A DNA stretch of 64,000 nucleotides from a virus (Duplodnaviria; Caudoviricetes): positions 1 through 64,000 of IMG/VR virus record IMGVR_UViG_3300014204_013734; one strand, given 5' to 3'. Of the stretch, positions 28,245-38,437 are shown piece by piece (the first letter of the stretch is position 1; every line of letters starts with the position of its first letter). Both the position numbers and the translations under genes were made by a program. Under the pieces are notes generated by a model, which made no database searches, was not told the DNA's origin, and worked only from the letters and a program-made list of their open reading frames with translations.

Positions 28245-28913
28245 TTACCCTAAATCAACCAAAGGAAGCGGGCACCACCAAGGTATTGGTTTCCACCGAA
28301 CTAGAGGTGGCGCTATCGGATCATAGTGTTCAGTAGCAGAAATGGCGTGACGGGCGGCGCCGTCCAACCACGGAGACTTGTAAGCCCTGGTACAAACCAT
28401 CCCTCCTTTGCAGTCCGACCATTGGATGAAAGGACAATCTTTGCAGGATTCTACTCGTTCGTGAAGCAATCTGGGAATGCCCTGTTCCGGTTTTGGAGGA
28501 AGCGGAATGCTTGGAATGATGCTACGATTCCCCTTCTCCGTGTTGCAACGGACACATAACGGACGAAGATTGTTCAAGTTGTAGGTCCCGCCTTTGGATT
28601 TGGGGACCACATGGTCAATATTGATTCGGACATGACACCGTCCTTCTTCTACGGCATAAAGGGACAAGTTTGGAAATTGGAGTTCCTGTGATTCGTTTTT
28701 GTGGCATTCAAGGGAAAAGAACATCCCTTCAATCCCACAACATACACATCGGGTTCCCCATTTCTTGAACACACGTAATCCAATGCCATCTACCTTTACC
28801 ATCCGCCCAAGGATACGTTCCTTGGGGGCGGGCGGATCCCGTACCAAAGCCATGACATCCTGGATGGAAACTCCTCCGAAGGACGTGTATGTACCGCCAC
28901 GCAAACACGTCAT
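28245..28913 (-). CDS. HNH endonuclease
   Basis: IDHVVPKSKGGTYNLNNLRPLCVRCNTEK. Confidence 0.85.
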   Translation of the reverse strand: MTCLRGGTYTSFGGVSIQDVMALVRDPPAPKERILGRMVKVDGIGLRVFKKWGTRCVCCGIEGMFFSLECHKNESQELQFPNLSLYAVEEGRCHVRINIDHVVPKSKGGTYNLNNLRPLCVRCNTEKGNRSIIPSIPLPPKPEQGIPRLLHERVESCKDCPFIQWSDCKGGMVCTRAYKSPWLDGAARHAISATEHYDPIAPPLVRWKPIPWWCPLPLVDLG

Positions 28914-28914
28914 G

Positions 28915-31140
28915 TTAGTCTATGGTCCGGCTCCAAACGGCCTTCGGGTTGTTTTCGTAACTCTTGCACCGGCGAATCTCGTACCAGCCCGCTTCCAGGC
29001 CAATGAGGTGTTCGTGTTCCGGATGTTCTACACGAAACGTTGAGTCGGCACGAAGGAACCCGAGCCTATTTTGGGGCGTCTTGGCAGTGCTCTGGAACAA
29101 GCACAAAGACTCTTCCGAAAGGAACTGGTGACTTTCAAATTCAAACCCATTGCTGGTTTCTGGGTTTGCTACTTTAGCCCCGGCGGCAATCGGGTTGTTG
29201 TTGCACTTGATGAAGAGGAGGTCCCCTTGTTGCGCCATCACGTCAGAAGCAGGGACATTCCCCGCCATGTACTGGTAGCAGGCGTCCACAAGCTGGCAGG
29301 CCGGAGTTGCAACCCCATTCTTTGACCGTTGCGGACGGACCCTGTGAAAATGGACGCGGGGTCCTGACCGGAGATTTTCAAAGATAATGAGGAATGTCGG
29401 ATAGCCGCGGGCAGTAGTGGTTCCGGTCAAGGTGTAGTAGCAGAGCCCATAATCGTCACGGCCATTCAATTTGCTTTCCAGATCGGAAACGACGATTCCT
29501 CCGCTGACGGGATCCGTGAATCCTTCTTCAAACAGATGGAAGTGACGGCTATAACACCATTGGGTGCGTGCCCCCGATACAGCTAGGGCCACGTAAGGCA
29601 CGGTCACGACATGTGTACCGTTGTCCGCTACGGGTGTCAAAGCAGATCGGCGTTTGACGGTAGCTTTAGCATCATCATCGTCGTTCATTTCCAAATCATA
29701 TTGGGACTCCACGAACCGGGGAACTGCCGTCCAGGTCTTACCGCCCGTGTGCCGCTTGAGGTACTTTTCAAGCTTGAACATGAATGACAGGAACGGAGTA
29801 ATATCCCGTTCATATGTCGTTCGCCGGCTGGCGTCCTTGGCAATGGCGAAAATGGTTTCGGACCAATCTTTCCGCCCCAAAGCCTTTTCCCAAATAGGGA
29901 ATTCAACGTTGATGGGATCCTTGTTGACCTGATGGAAGACCCCAAGCGGAATGTTGCCGGATTCCACGGCGGCGCGCAACTTCGGGAAGGAAGCCTTGTC
30001 AATCCCGAGCCCGTCCGCTTGTGCACCATTCCCTTTCCGTTTCGTCCAGTCGGATTTGGCGTCCTGTTCCTGGACGGCATCGGACGCACCGGGAAGATTA
30101 AGGCAGATAATCCTGGTGACCCGCCCTTTGTCATCATCCCATTTGAAATGCTTCAGTTCATTTCCAAGGGTGCTACTGTAACGGTCAGTCCATTCCGTTT
30201 TGGATGCATTTACACGAGCTTCCCACAAGGTCTTCAAGAAGGAATTGAAATCGTAACCCACCTTTTCCAGCATGGTAGCCAGAAGGCTGTTGTTCTTACG
30301 TTTGTTGATCGTCCTGGCGTCAAACAACCAAAGGAAAAACAGATGGTCAACGGGATTTTCCTTTGCTAACCATTCCAGATTTTCCTTGATCCCCTTCTTT
30401 CGCATGGTTGCCTTGATACCGGAATCGTCCACGGTCCTGTCGGTCCAGTTGTGGTCAAAGTAGCTTTTCCACCACAGATCGGGGGATTCCGCCAACTTGC
30501 TTTTACCGACATGTCGCAACAGGACCTCAAGGGGGTTGTTTCGGTTAAAGGAATCCGAGTGGGTACTGCCCCACCGATAAGATGAAGTCGTGTGGATGCG
30601 AAGGGCGAGCGATTCTTCCCATTCTCGGCACATACCATGGAATTCCGATTTGACAACAATTTTAGGACCTCCGTTTACGAGGGTCGCCTCACCGAAATTG
30701 GGTTGTTTGAATCCAATATCCCCAACCTCCGACGTGCCGTCTTCCATCGTGATCTTAATGGGAAGAAAGGCGTAATGGACGAAGGTTTTCCGTGTGTCAC
30801 CGGAACTGAGAATAGGTCGGGCATCTTCAAAACAGTATCCGACAAAACCGGCCTGATCTCTTAAATCCGATCCAGTTTCCCGTTTTTTTGGAACCGCATG
30901 CCCTATCGGAATGGCCCTGAAAAATGGCTTTTCGGCAACGAAACTTTTTCGAGAACCGAACCAAAGTTTCTCTGAGGAAACGAACACGTGGTTGCTAAGG
31001 GCATAGCCCTTGATTGTACCACCGCCGGGTATATCAACCCGACATTCGGCGACGGCAACGTCATTTGGAATCACGTCCCCAAATTGTTCAATGACCCGAT
31101 CAGGATATTCCTCAGACGGGAAATGGATGTGTGTTGTCAT
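28915..31140 (-). CDS. Large hypothetical protein (741 aa)
   Basis: Long ORF; C-terminal QQGDLLF...HPEH..L..GWYEIRR domain. Confidence 0.8.
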   Translation of the reverse strand: MTTHIHFPSEEYPDRVIEQFGDVIPNDVAVAECRVDIPGGGTIKGYALSNHVFVSSEKLWFGSRKSFVAEKPFFRAIPIGHAVPKKRETGSDLRDQAGFVGYCFEDARPILSSGDTRKTFVHYAFLPIKITMEDGTSEVGDIGFKQPNFGEATLVNGGPKIVVKSEFHGMCREWEESLALRIHTTSSYRWGSTHSDSFNRNNPLEVLLRHVGKSKLAESPDLWWKSYFDHNWTDRTVDDSGIKATMRKKGIKENLEWLAKENPVDHLFFLWLFDARTINKRKNNSLLATMLEKVGYDFNSFLKTLWEARVNASKTEWTDRYSSTLGNELKHFKWDDDKGRVTRIICLNLPGASDAVQEQDAKSDWTKRKGNGAQADGLGIDKASFPKLRAAVESGNIPLGVFHQVNKDPINVEFPIWEKALGRKDWSETIFAIAKDASRRTTYERDITPFLSFMFKLEKYLKRHTGGKTWTAVPRFVESQYDLEMNDDDDAKATVKRRSALTPVADNGTHVVTVPYVALAVSGARTQWCYSRHFHLFEEGFTDPVSGGIVVSDLESKLNGRDDYGLCYYTLTGTTTARGYPTFLIIFENLRSGPRVHFHRVRPQRSKNGVATPACQLVDACYQYMAGNVPASDVMAQQGDLLFIKCNNNPIAAGAKVANPETSNGFEFESHQFLSEESLCLFQSTAKTPQNRLGFLRADSTFRVEHPEHEHLIGLEAGWYEIRRCKSYENNPKAVWSRTID

Positions 31141-32297
31141 TTTTCAAAGTCCTTTTCGGTCAAGCAGGCCACAAATCCATGGCCTTCAATGTTGAAGACG
31201 GGAGCAGGTATGTCACGTCCGTTGTCCCGGACGGTTCCTGGTGGGGCATAAGGAACGGTTTGCACGTCTTCTTTGAAAGCATGTTGGTGGAAAACAGCCC
31301 CTACTTTGAATTTGTCCCCGGTCCTAATAAGCAGCGGGGCGTTCAAAGTTGCTTTCCGATTGCCTTGGTTTTTGACCACTTCCACAAGGTTGTTGGTTTT
31401 CCAATCGTTGCTGTTATAAACTAGGACTGCATCATCAGATGTGAACATTTCTCCCTTTTCACGGGGTGAAACCAACCAGTAAGCCCCACACACCCTCACA
31501 GCGACGGAACCGAAAACCTTGCCGTCCCCGCCCGGCGTGAATCCGGCACGATTTTGATTCACAATTAGGTCAAATTTCCGTTTCGCTTCCGCAACCTGGG
31601 AACGTGCCTCTCTGGTTTCTTTCGTAACCGGGATGTCACCCCACCACAAATCCCGAAAAACCGTCCTGTAGTGGACATCGGACAAAATTCCATCCAAGAA
31701 TCCGTAGAAGCCTTCCCAATCCCCATCAAAGGAATGGACGGACAAGTCCGGCATCACAACGTGCTTGATGTGCAGATTCTTTAGGTCGTTCGCCACTACA
31801 GCATTGCAACGTGCCTTGTGGGCGACATGACCTGCGGCGGCTACGAGTTCCTTCTTTGTGGCGCCGGACAGCATCTTGCAGCCGATCAAGGTCAAGTCGG
31901 GGTTCGCCGCCTTCATTCGTTCAATGACTCTCGGGGCCAGTTTGAATGGAATCTGGATGATGTCTTCTTCCTTGAACCCTTCGGTCGGCATCTTGCCTAT
32001 GATGGGTTCTGACGGAATCCAATTAACCACAGCGGCCGCCATTATGGCAGCATTGACCTTCGGTGCTATTGCCAAGCACTTGGCCATGTAGTCGTCAAAC
32101 CCTTGATGACGGGCAATTTCCAATCCCTCCTGGGGTTTGACCTGCATTGTGTCAGCGACCAACAGGATGACTTCATCCCCGTTCTGGATGCGTCTTTTGG
32201 CGTATTCCAAGGCCCACACACCTCGGGAACGGTTTCCGACGAGTTTGTTGTCGTCAAGCCGCCCGTAGACCGGACCGGCGGTAATGAGTACCTTCAT
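31137..32297 (-). CDS. CoaB/Dfp (phosphopantothenoylcysteine synthetase)-like protein with extra C-terminal domain
   Basis: KVLITAGP....LD......NRSRG; IMAAAVVNW; LIGCK; VVANDL. Confidence 0.7.
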   Translation of the reverse strand: MKVLITAGPVYGRLDDNKLVGNRSRGVWALEYAKRRIQNGDEVILLVADTMQVKPQEGLEIARHQGFDDYMAKCLAIAPKVNAAIMAAAVVNWIPSEPIIGKMPTEGFKEEDIIQIPFKLAPRVIERMKAANPDLTLIGCKMLSGATKKELVAAAGHVAHKARCNAVVANDLKNLHIKHVVMPDLSVHSFDGDWEGFYGFLDGILSDVHYRTVFRDLWWGDIPVTKETREARSQVAEAKRKFDLIVNQNRAGFTPGGDGKVFGSVAVRVCGAYWLVSPREKGEMFTSDDAVLVYNSNDWKTNNLVEVVKNQGNRKATLNAPLLIRTGDKFKVGAVFHQHAFKEDVQTVPYAPPGTVRDNGRDIPAPVFNIEGHGFVACLTEKDFEK

Positions 32298-32314
32298 AAT
32301 CAAACCTCGTCCCT

Positions 32315-32650
32315 TTATGATGGGAACCCGCACCGCAAATAGAAAACTTGAATGGCCGCACCCATTAAGTCCAGGTTCGTGTCGGTGCTGTATCGGCATC
32401 GGAGGACTGGCTTTTCGGATAGCTCATCACGGGTTCCGAACCACCAGTTGTTGCTGGTGCCGAGCTGCCAATCTGTCTGAATTGGTTTGTTCGGGTCCAT
32501 CGGATAAACGGTTCCTCCGGCAACTATGTCGCACAGGATTTGTGCATATTGCCGGAATTTGTCCTGATTCTCGGGTTTCCTGACATCCAGGTTTTGCGGA
32601 AGCAAAACTTCCTGGAATGACGGGCTGTTTGAAAATCGTCCGGTTCCCAT
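32315..32650 (-). CDS. Hypothetical protein
   Basis: GGAGGT RBS. Confidence 0.65.
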   Translation of the reverse strand: MGTGRFSNSPSFQEVLLPQNLDVRKPENQDKFRQYAQILCDIVAGGTVYPMDPNKPIQTDWQLGTSNNWWFGTRDELSEKPVLRCRYSTDTNLDLMGAAIQVFYLRCGFPS

Positions 32651-33357
32651 TAGATACCTCCCTTTCTGCACAACCATCGGAGCGACCGCCCCGACTTGAA
32701 CATTTGGACTGAAAATCCTGAACCAAGAAGCTTCTTGAGCTTCTCAGAATCGTGGTACTTGAAATAGGTCACGTCCCAATCCGGACCGTTGGTCAACCGG
32801 ACCTGAAGGTGGAATACGTGACCAAACAAGGACGTGTACGCTTCAGCAAATCGCGTTCGTTTTGTGTCGTGGCGGTTCTGTAAGGTTCCGCCTTCCGTCT
32901 CCTTGAATCGGATTCCGAACGGGGACGGTTTCTCAAAGGAATTGAAGACGAACACCCCGCCTGGTTTCAGCACCCGGTGGACCCCAGGGACGACCTTTTC
33001 CATGTCAAGGTAGCCGACCGCTTGGCGGCAGACCACTACATTGAACAGGTCATGTTCGTAAAGATAACCCACGGACTCCGCCCGACCTGTTTTTTCCAGG
33101 ACAAATGTTCCTGGACGCACCCTGGGATTCAGGTCCAGGAGGTGCAGGAAGTCCTGTCGGATCCGGGTAGTAGTCCGCAAGAGATGTTCCCCTTTTGTGC
33201 GTCGCCAAGCTTCTTCTGAAACTACCCCAGTGCCTCCGGCGAGGTCCAACAGGTATTGGCCGGGCTTCCACCCGGCAAGATCCAGCAAGGTTCCCGGATT
33301 TGCCGTCCATGGAGCGTAGATGTTGTTGTAGTTGTTTGTCATGCACGACAAATTCAT
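32650..33357 (-). CDS. Class I SAM-dependent methyltransferase
   Basis: LLDLAGGTG; VHRVLKPGGVFVF. Confidence 0.85.
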   Translation of the reverse strand: MNLSCMTNNYNNIYAPWTANPGTLLDLAGWKPGQYLLDLAGGTGVVSEEAWRRTKGEHLLRTTTRIRQDFLHLLDLNPRVRPGTFVLEKTGRAESVGYLYEHDLFNVVVCRQAVGYLDMEKVVPGVHRVLKPGGVFVFNSFEKPSPFGIRFKETEGGTLQNRHDTKRTRFAEAYTSLFGHVFHLQVRLTNGPDWDVTYFKYHDSEKLKKLLGSGFSVQMFKSGRSLRWLCRKGGI

Positions 33358-33971
33358 CAGACACCTTCCTTATCAAGCCGGTGATAGTTGCCGTCTCCGG
33401 TCTGGGCAATTTCACAAGCATTCAACAGAGCCTCCAAGAAACTGTCAACCAGTTTTGGATTCACGGCCATGCCGGAGGCGTCAATGAATGCCTTTACAGC
33501 TTCTTCGTCCTTCCCTCCGTCCGCCAAGGCGTCCAGGATCAACGATTGGACAGCGGACTTGACCCTAGCGGGGGATAGTTCTTTCTGGACCTTCTTTTTG
33601 TTGATGGCAGGTCCAGGCTGGGAAATTTCCTTCGGTTCTACGGAATCTTCAAATGCGTCCTCTTTTTGAATAGGGCGGACATAACCTTCCGGTTCCGGGT
33701 TCAACCCGTCTGGAAGAGGGTACTTCTGGGGAGGAAATTCTCCGTCTACACCCCCCATGTGCATCAAGGTGATGGTTTCCGCTTTGTGCGGATCCATCGT
33801 ATTGGCTATGAAGGACACACGGGTCCCTTCCGTTTTAATGGTAGACACCTTAAAAGGGGCCCCTTCATTAACCCGCACAGTTGAACCCGTCTTCAAGAGT
33901 TCAAGGTTTTCAAGCCGGGACCAAGTCCCGTCGTCATTTTGTTTGTCATATCTTCCAAAATAGTTGCTCAT
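33357..33971 (-). CDS. Hypothetical protein
   Basis: AAGGAGGT RBS after promoter motif. Confidence 0.75.
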   Translation of the reverse strand: MSNYFGRYDKQNDDGTWSRLENLELLKTGSTVRVNEGAPFKVSTIKTEGTRVSFIANTMDPHKAETITLMHMGGVDGEFPPQKYPLPDGLNPEPEGYVRPIQKEDAFEDSVEPKEISQPGPAINKKKVQKELSPARVKSAVQSLILDALADGGKDEEAVKAFIDASGMAVNPKLVDSFLEALLNACEIAQTGDGNYHRLDKEGV

Positions 33972-33991
33972 CAAGGACCTCCTTTCCCTAA

Positions 33992-34059
33992 ACTACCCGC
34001 AAAAGAAATTTTCCAAGCCGCCAAAAAATCCGGCTTGGAATTTACATGAATCCGGTAGT
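33992..34059. promoter_or_regulatory. Divergent pair of promoter motifs (33992-34020 minus, 34031-34059 plus)
   Basis: Two copies at the strand switch; 10-bp gap as at 3145-3212. Confidence 0.75.
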
Positions 34060-34090
34060 CCGTTCAGATTGACCGTTTAGGAGGAAAAAG

Positions 34091-34528
34091 ATGGCAAAGT
34101 ACAATATCATGCGGGCATGTGGACACGTTGAAATCGTTCAAATCTTCGGGACGAACGCCCACTGTGAACGAGACCGACGGGAAGTATATGAGGGCACATT
34201 ATTGTGTCGGACCTGTTTACAGGCCAAACGCCTCAAGTATGAGGAAACGAAATGTTTACCCGTACTTACGGGGTCCGAAAAGCAGATTGCTTGGGCCATC
34301 ACGATCCGGTCCAAGTTGCTGGAATCCGCCAAAAAGACGCGAACCCGAATTGAAGGGATGGCTCAGGCATCTGATCGGGATGCAACCCTGCACCTGATTG
34401 ACGAAACGGTGAAAATTCTTTTAGAACAAACGGTTGCGTCTTGGTGGATCAACAATCAGGACAAGACCATTCAGGAACATTCCGCCAATCTGCTTCGGGT
34501 AAACCCAACACTCCACGAAGGACGGTGA
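34091..34528 (+). CDS. Phage protein
   Basis: CGH...C..C; LTGSEKQIAWA..IR; ASWWI. Confidence 0.75.
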   Translation: MAKYNIMRACGHVEIVQIFGTNAHCERDRREVYEGTLLCRTCLQAKRLKYEETKCLPVLTGSEKQIAWAITIRSKLLESAKKTRTRIEGMAQASDRDATLHLIDETVKILLEQTVASWWINNQDKTIQEHSANLLRVNPTLHEGR

Positions 34529-34531
34529 CCT

Positions 34532-35122
34532 ATGGCGACCGAAGACATTAAGAAACACCTTGGGGGATTGGTTGTTGCCCTGTCCATGGCCAATCCGAAA
34601 CGGATCAAGAAGGTGAAGGACGACGAAGGACGGACCATCCGTTCCTTTGACTTTCCCGGGACGGGATTTGCTGCCGCCGTGGTGACCGACGAGAAAGACA
34701 AGGGTGTCCTCTACACGGTCATCAGTTCAGACTTGGACCCGAATGATAGTGACATGTTGAAGGGCTTGATGAAGGTTCCGAAGGTTGAACCCATCATGCT
34801 GGTCCCCCCTTCGGAACAGGCATCCACCGGAATTCTCTCTGAGTTCTACTTTGCATGGGAATCGGATCCCGAAAACGGGGAAGACTTCGTTGAAGGAGGG
34901 GTGTTTGGAATCATCCATAAGAAATTGTGGGATGATAAAAAACGCTGGGATGACACCGATCCTGCCATTCACATCATCCCCTGCGATGCCCCGATTGCCC
35001 AAGAAATGACCTGTACCTGGTCAATTATTCCGGGTCATTCTAAAGCGGAAGCTCGCAAGTGGCTTCTAGCCCAAGGGGCGACGGAAAACAAAAATCTCTT
35101 CAACTGGCAACCGGGGGTCTAA
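34532..35122 (+). CDS. Hypothetical protein
   Basis: 196 aa ORF. Confidence 0.7.
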   Translation: MATEDIKKHLGGLVVALSMANPKRIKKVKDDEGRTIRSFDFPGTGFAAAVVTDEKDKGVLYTVISSDLDPNDSDMLKGLMKVPKVEPIMLVPPSEQASTGILSEFYFAWESDPENGEDFVEGGVFGIIHKKLWDDKKRWDDTDPAIHIIPCDAPIAQEMTCTWSIIPGHSKAEARKWLLAQGATENKNLFNWQPGV

Positions 35123-35123
35123 C

Positions 35124-36608
35124 ATGTACGAATTTTCCATCGCCAGGAACATCCTGGGGAATCGGGAACCCTCTTTGCTCATGACGGACGGGTACAAGTT
35201 CGCCATGGCACAGGCAGGTTTTCCGCTGCGAACGGAAACCTTTTACATGACGTTCCGTCACGGGGGACCCTGGTACATCCCCTTTGACCTGGAAAAGATC
35301 GTGGAGGCATTCCTTCCGAATCTCCCGAAGGATGCGGAAAAAAACTTCTTGGAAAAAAGTGGCTATCGTCCTACCCCGGCGATGAGGGTAGCCCTCTACC
35401 AAGGCCTAAAAGTGGTCATTCGGGCCGCCCCGAAAGGATCTTGGGTCCTGGCTAAGGAACCCATCCTGACCATCACGGGTCCTTCCTTCCTAGTTTCCTG
35501 GTTGGAACCTTTGGTCCTGATGCTGCATTTCCCGATCCAGGTAGCCACGGAAGCCCTGAAGGGACGAAAAGAATTCCCTTGTACTTGTCGGGATGAAATG
35601 GGGATTGTGGCAGAAACCCTTGAAGTTACCCTTTCTTCCCTCGCTGGACTTCAGCTTACGGACGAATCCGTCCAATACCGGGCGGACGTTGCAAAGCGTT
35701 TGGCTTCCTTGATCAACGCCCTGGAAGACAAGGATCCGAAGCGCATCTTTGAAGTCGGGATGCGGGCATGCACCTGCATGGCCATGCACCGGATCGCCTT
35801 GGAGGAATGCAAGAAGGCTGGAATCACGGCTACTTCCAATGTGTTTTTGGCCAATGAACTGGACATGGTCGCTGTTGGCACCACGGGCCACGAACACATC
35901 CAACGGTGGGGAGACGACCTGACTGCCTGTCGGGCGATGCGGGACATGCGTCCCCAACGACCATCGTGTTTGCCCGACACGTTTGATGCCATGGGGCTGG
36001 GGCTTCCAGCCGCCCTCTTGTCTTTCCTGGAACAACCAAACCGGGAAGGAACGGTCAGGTTTGATTCCGGTGACCAGAAGCCCCAACTCTACGCCGTAGA
36101 AGGCGTGTCCCAAAAGCTACTTCTGAACAAGCCAAACTACATCTTTGAAGATGGCATTGATGAACAAAAGATCATCCGGGACGAGGATTGGTGCCGGGAG
36201 CTCGGCATTGCCCCCGAACGCCGGGCGTTTGGGTCAGGTCAGTTTATCGTGAGAGCCGAATTCACGTACATGACCCGCGACCGGGTTGCCGCCGTCTACA
36301 AGCTGTGCAAGACCGGGGACCTCCCCGTCATGAAGACCTGTGCTACGGCGCCGACCAAAGCGTCCGTGCCCGGCGTACCCGTCACGTTCCGCCGAGTTCG
36401 TGTCGGTGCCTGTGACCAAGCATACAACAGCTTCGCCGGACTGATCGGGCAGGAAGGGGAAACTCCCCCTGTCGGGTTCGTCTCGTTAGATTCCCGGCTT
36501 GGAAAGCCTGACTTTCCGGTAGACCCTATGGAAGTGGGGTTCAGCCCCGAAACGGAAAAGTTGATTGGCGACTGTCTGAAGCGCATTGCAGACAGCCAGT
36601 CGCTTTAA
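35124..36608 (+). CDS. pncB: Nicotinate phosphoribosyltransferase
   Basis: TDGYKFAMAQA; FEVGMRA; TSNV; GTTGHE; PDTFD; VRFDSGD. Confidence 0.8.
   Translation: MYEFSIARNILGNREPSLLMTDGYKFAMAQAGFPLRTETFYMTFRHGGPWYIPFDLEKIVEAFLPNLPKDAEKNFLEKSGYRPTPAMRVALYQGLKVVIRAAPKGSWVLAKEPILTITGPSFLVSWLEPLVLMLHFPIQVATEALKGRKEFPCTCRDEMGIVAETLEVTLSSLAGLQLTDESVQYRADVAKRLASLINALEDKDPKRIFEVGMRACTCMAMHRIALEECKKAGITATSNVFLANELDMVAVGTTGHEHIQRWGDDLTACRAMRDMRPQRPSCLPDTFDAMGLGLPAALLSFLEQPNREGTVRFDSGDQKPQLYAVEGVSQKLLLNKPNYIFEDGIDEQKIIRDEDWCRELGIAPERRAFGSGQFIVRAEFTYMTRDRVAAVYKLCKTGDLPVMKTCATAPTKASVPGVPVTFRRVRVGACDQAYNSFAGLIGQEGETPPVGFVSLDSRLGKPDFPVDPMEVGFSPETEKLIGDCLKRIADSQSL
36495..36523 (+). promoter_or_regulatory. Internal promoter motif upstream of nadE
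   Basis: CGGCTTG-N15-CGGTAGA. Confidence 0.55.
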
Positions 36609-37764
36609 AGAAAGGATCAAACCTATGCCTGTCCTTGACGGAGTTAAGTTGATTGAAAACCGAATTGAAGCGATTCGGGCATTCCACAAGAATGCCAGCA
36701 TCATCAAGGCCGAACTGGACCTGTCCGGCGGGATTGATTCCGCCGTCATGGCATGGCTTCTTGTCCGTGCCCTCGGACCGGAAAACGTTCTCTTGGTCCA
36801 TACCAGGATCAACACCGACTATAAGCAGACGGATCGGGCATCCCGTTTGGCTCAGGACCTTAAGGCGACGTTCGTGAACGTTGATCTGACCGGGCTTTTT
36901 GACATGTTGTCGTCCCAAATGATGGTCTCGCTTGGCGGGCCCGTTGGAACACCTGCCTGCAATCAGCTTAGTAAGCGGTGCAAAGAAGATCCGACCATCC
37001 TGGGATCCATCCGGTCCACACTCCGGGCACCCGTTGGCCGCGGATTCAACCGCATGTTCGGTGGTGGCATCCGCCACGGGACCGGAAACGAATGTGAAGA
37101 CCGTTACCTTCGCTTCTACCAAAAGGGCGGGGATGGGGAAGTTGACACGAATCCCCTGGAAATGCTTTCAAAGACCGAAATCTTCCAGCTTGCCTACACC
37201 ATCGCGGAAACCGAACGAGGAACCCCCCTGGAAGGAATCTTCCGCGAATTGATCACCGTGAAACCTTCCCCCGATCTGTGGGGAAAGGGTGACACCCATA
37301 ACGATGAAGATGAACTTCAATCGTGGACTGGGGTTTCCTTCACTTACGGGAAGGTAGACCCGTTGACCGGGGACATTCTGGAATTCGGGACCATTGAACG
37401 GGTGTCCCGGCTTCTGGACCAGAAGTTTGAAGTCCCAAATTTATGGTCCTTGGGTTTGTTCCCTGAAGGTACTCCCGTTCCTTTCCCCACGACCACTTGC
37501 GGGGAAGTCCTATTCAAGGATGACCTCCACGGACTGGATACCGTCTTGGATTGCATGGCACTCATTGCCGACAAAACAGGGATCTTTCGAAACACATTTT
37601 TTCCAGGAACATCACGCCGTCAGATCCGTGATTTTTTGCTTGCCGCCCGCAAGGCGGAAAGACAGACCCGTCACAAGGGGAACGGGAACATTCCAACCCT
37701 TGGTACACGGTCGGAACTGGTTGAGGCGGGCATCCTGACCGACAAACTGACAGTCAAGGGATGA
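36586..37764 (+). CDS. nadE: NH3-dependent NAD+ synthetase (start uncertain, alternative 36625)
   Basis: LSGGIDSAV; GTGNECE; FYQKGGDG; KPSPDLW. Confidence 0.85.
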   Translation: MQTASRFKERIKPMPVLDGVKLIENRIEAIRAFHKNASIIKAELDLSGGIDSAVMAWLLVRALGPENVLLVHTRINTDYKQTDRASRLAQDLKATFVNVDLTGLFDMLSSQMMVSLGGPVGTPACNQLSKRCKEDPTILGSIRSTLRAPVGRGFNRMFGGGIRHGTGNECEDRYLRFYQKGGDGEVDTNPLEMLSKTEIFQLAYTIAETERGTPLEGIFRELITVKPSPDLWGKGDTHNDEDELQSWTGVSFTYGKVDPLTGDILEFGTIERVSRLLDQKFEVPNLWSLGLFPEGTPVPFPTTTCGEVLFKDDLHGLDTVLDCMALIADKTGIFRNTFFPGTSRRQIRDFLLAARKAERQTRHKGNGNIPTLGTRSELVEAGILTDKLTVKG

Positions 37765-38075
37765 AATCCATGTCGCTTCACACGGAAAAAGTTTTGGCGG
37801 AACTGAACCAAACGTTCCAAATTGTTTGGGAAAAGCATTTACCAAGACTTTCCAGAAGCGTCCTGCAAGCCCTTATCAACAGCAATGGGACTTGTACAGC
37901 CCGAATGATTTCTGATTTGTCAGAAATAGACGTAAACAAAGCTTCTGTGATCCTGGGAAGGTTAGTGAAGTTGGGATACGTAGAAGAAGAGAAAGTCAAC
38001 CGACGACTGAAGAAATACCGTCTATCGGAAAATCACAAGTGGTTTTTTCTGTGGGCGAAAAGGAACGAAAAATGA
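37761..38075 (+). CDS. Winged-helix transcriptional regulator
   Basis: TARMISDLS...SVILGRLVKLGYV. Confidence 0.65.
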   Translation: MKSMSLHTEKVLAELNQTFQIVWEKHLPRLSRSVLQALINSNGTCTARMISDLSEIDVNKASVILGRLVKLGYVEEEKVNRRLKKYRLSENHKWFFLWAKRNEK

Positions 38076-38407
38076 TCACCCTCAAAAAGGAAAAAGAACT
38101 GGACCAGGACGGAAGCATTTACTACTTCGTGTACGTCTACGGATCCAAGGGATACGAGGAACTCTCCGCTGTTTCTTCTTCGATGTTTAAAAACATCCCT
38201 TCCGAAGACATCTTGGTAGACGTAGAAGTCGCTAAGGAAACAGGAACCCTGGTGTTAAAATACACGTCATCTACACCATTACCGAACGATTCGGACTTCC
38301 TGTTTCCCGATGAGGAAACAAGGAAGATACACGAAGAGGAACGAGAAAAGGCCCTCAAGGAAAACTTGGAATTTATTTCCATTTCCTTAAACCAGCTTGG
38401 AAGATAA
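38072..38407 (+). CDS. Hypothetical protein
   Basis: Coupled ORF. Confidence 0.6.
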   Translation: MITLKKEKELDQDGSIYYFVYVYGSKGYEELSAVSSSMFKNIPSEDILVDVEVAKETGTLVLKYTSSTPLPNDSDFLFPDEETRKIHEEEREKALKENLEFISISLNQLGR

Positions 38408-38437
38408 CCAAGCGCAACCACAGGAAGAGAGGAATCT

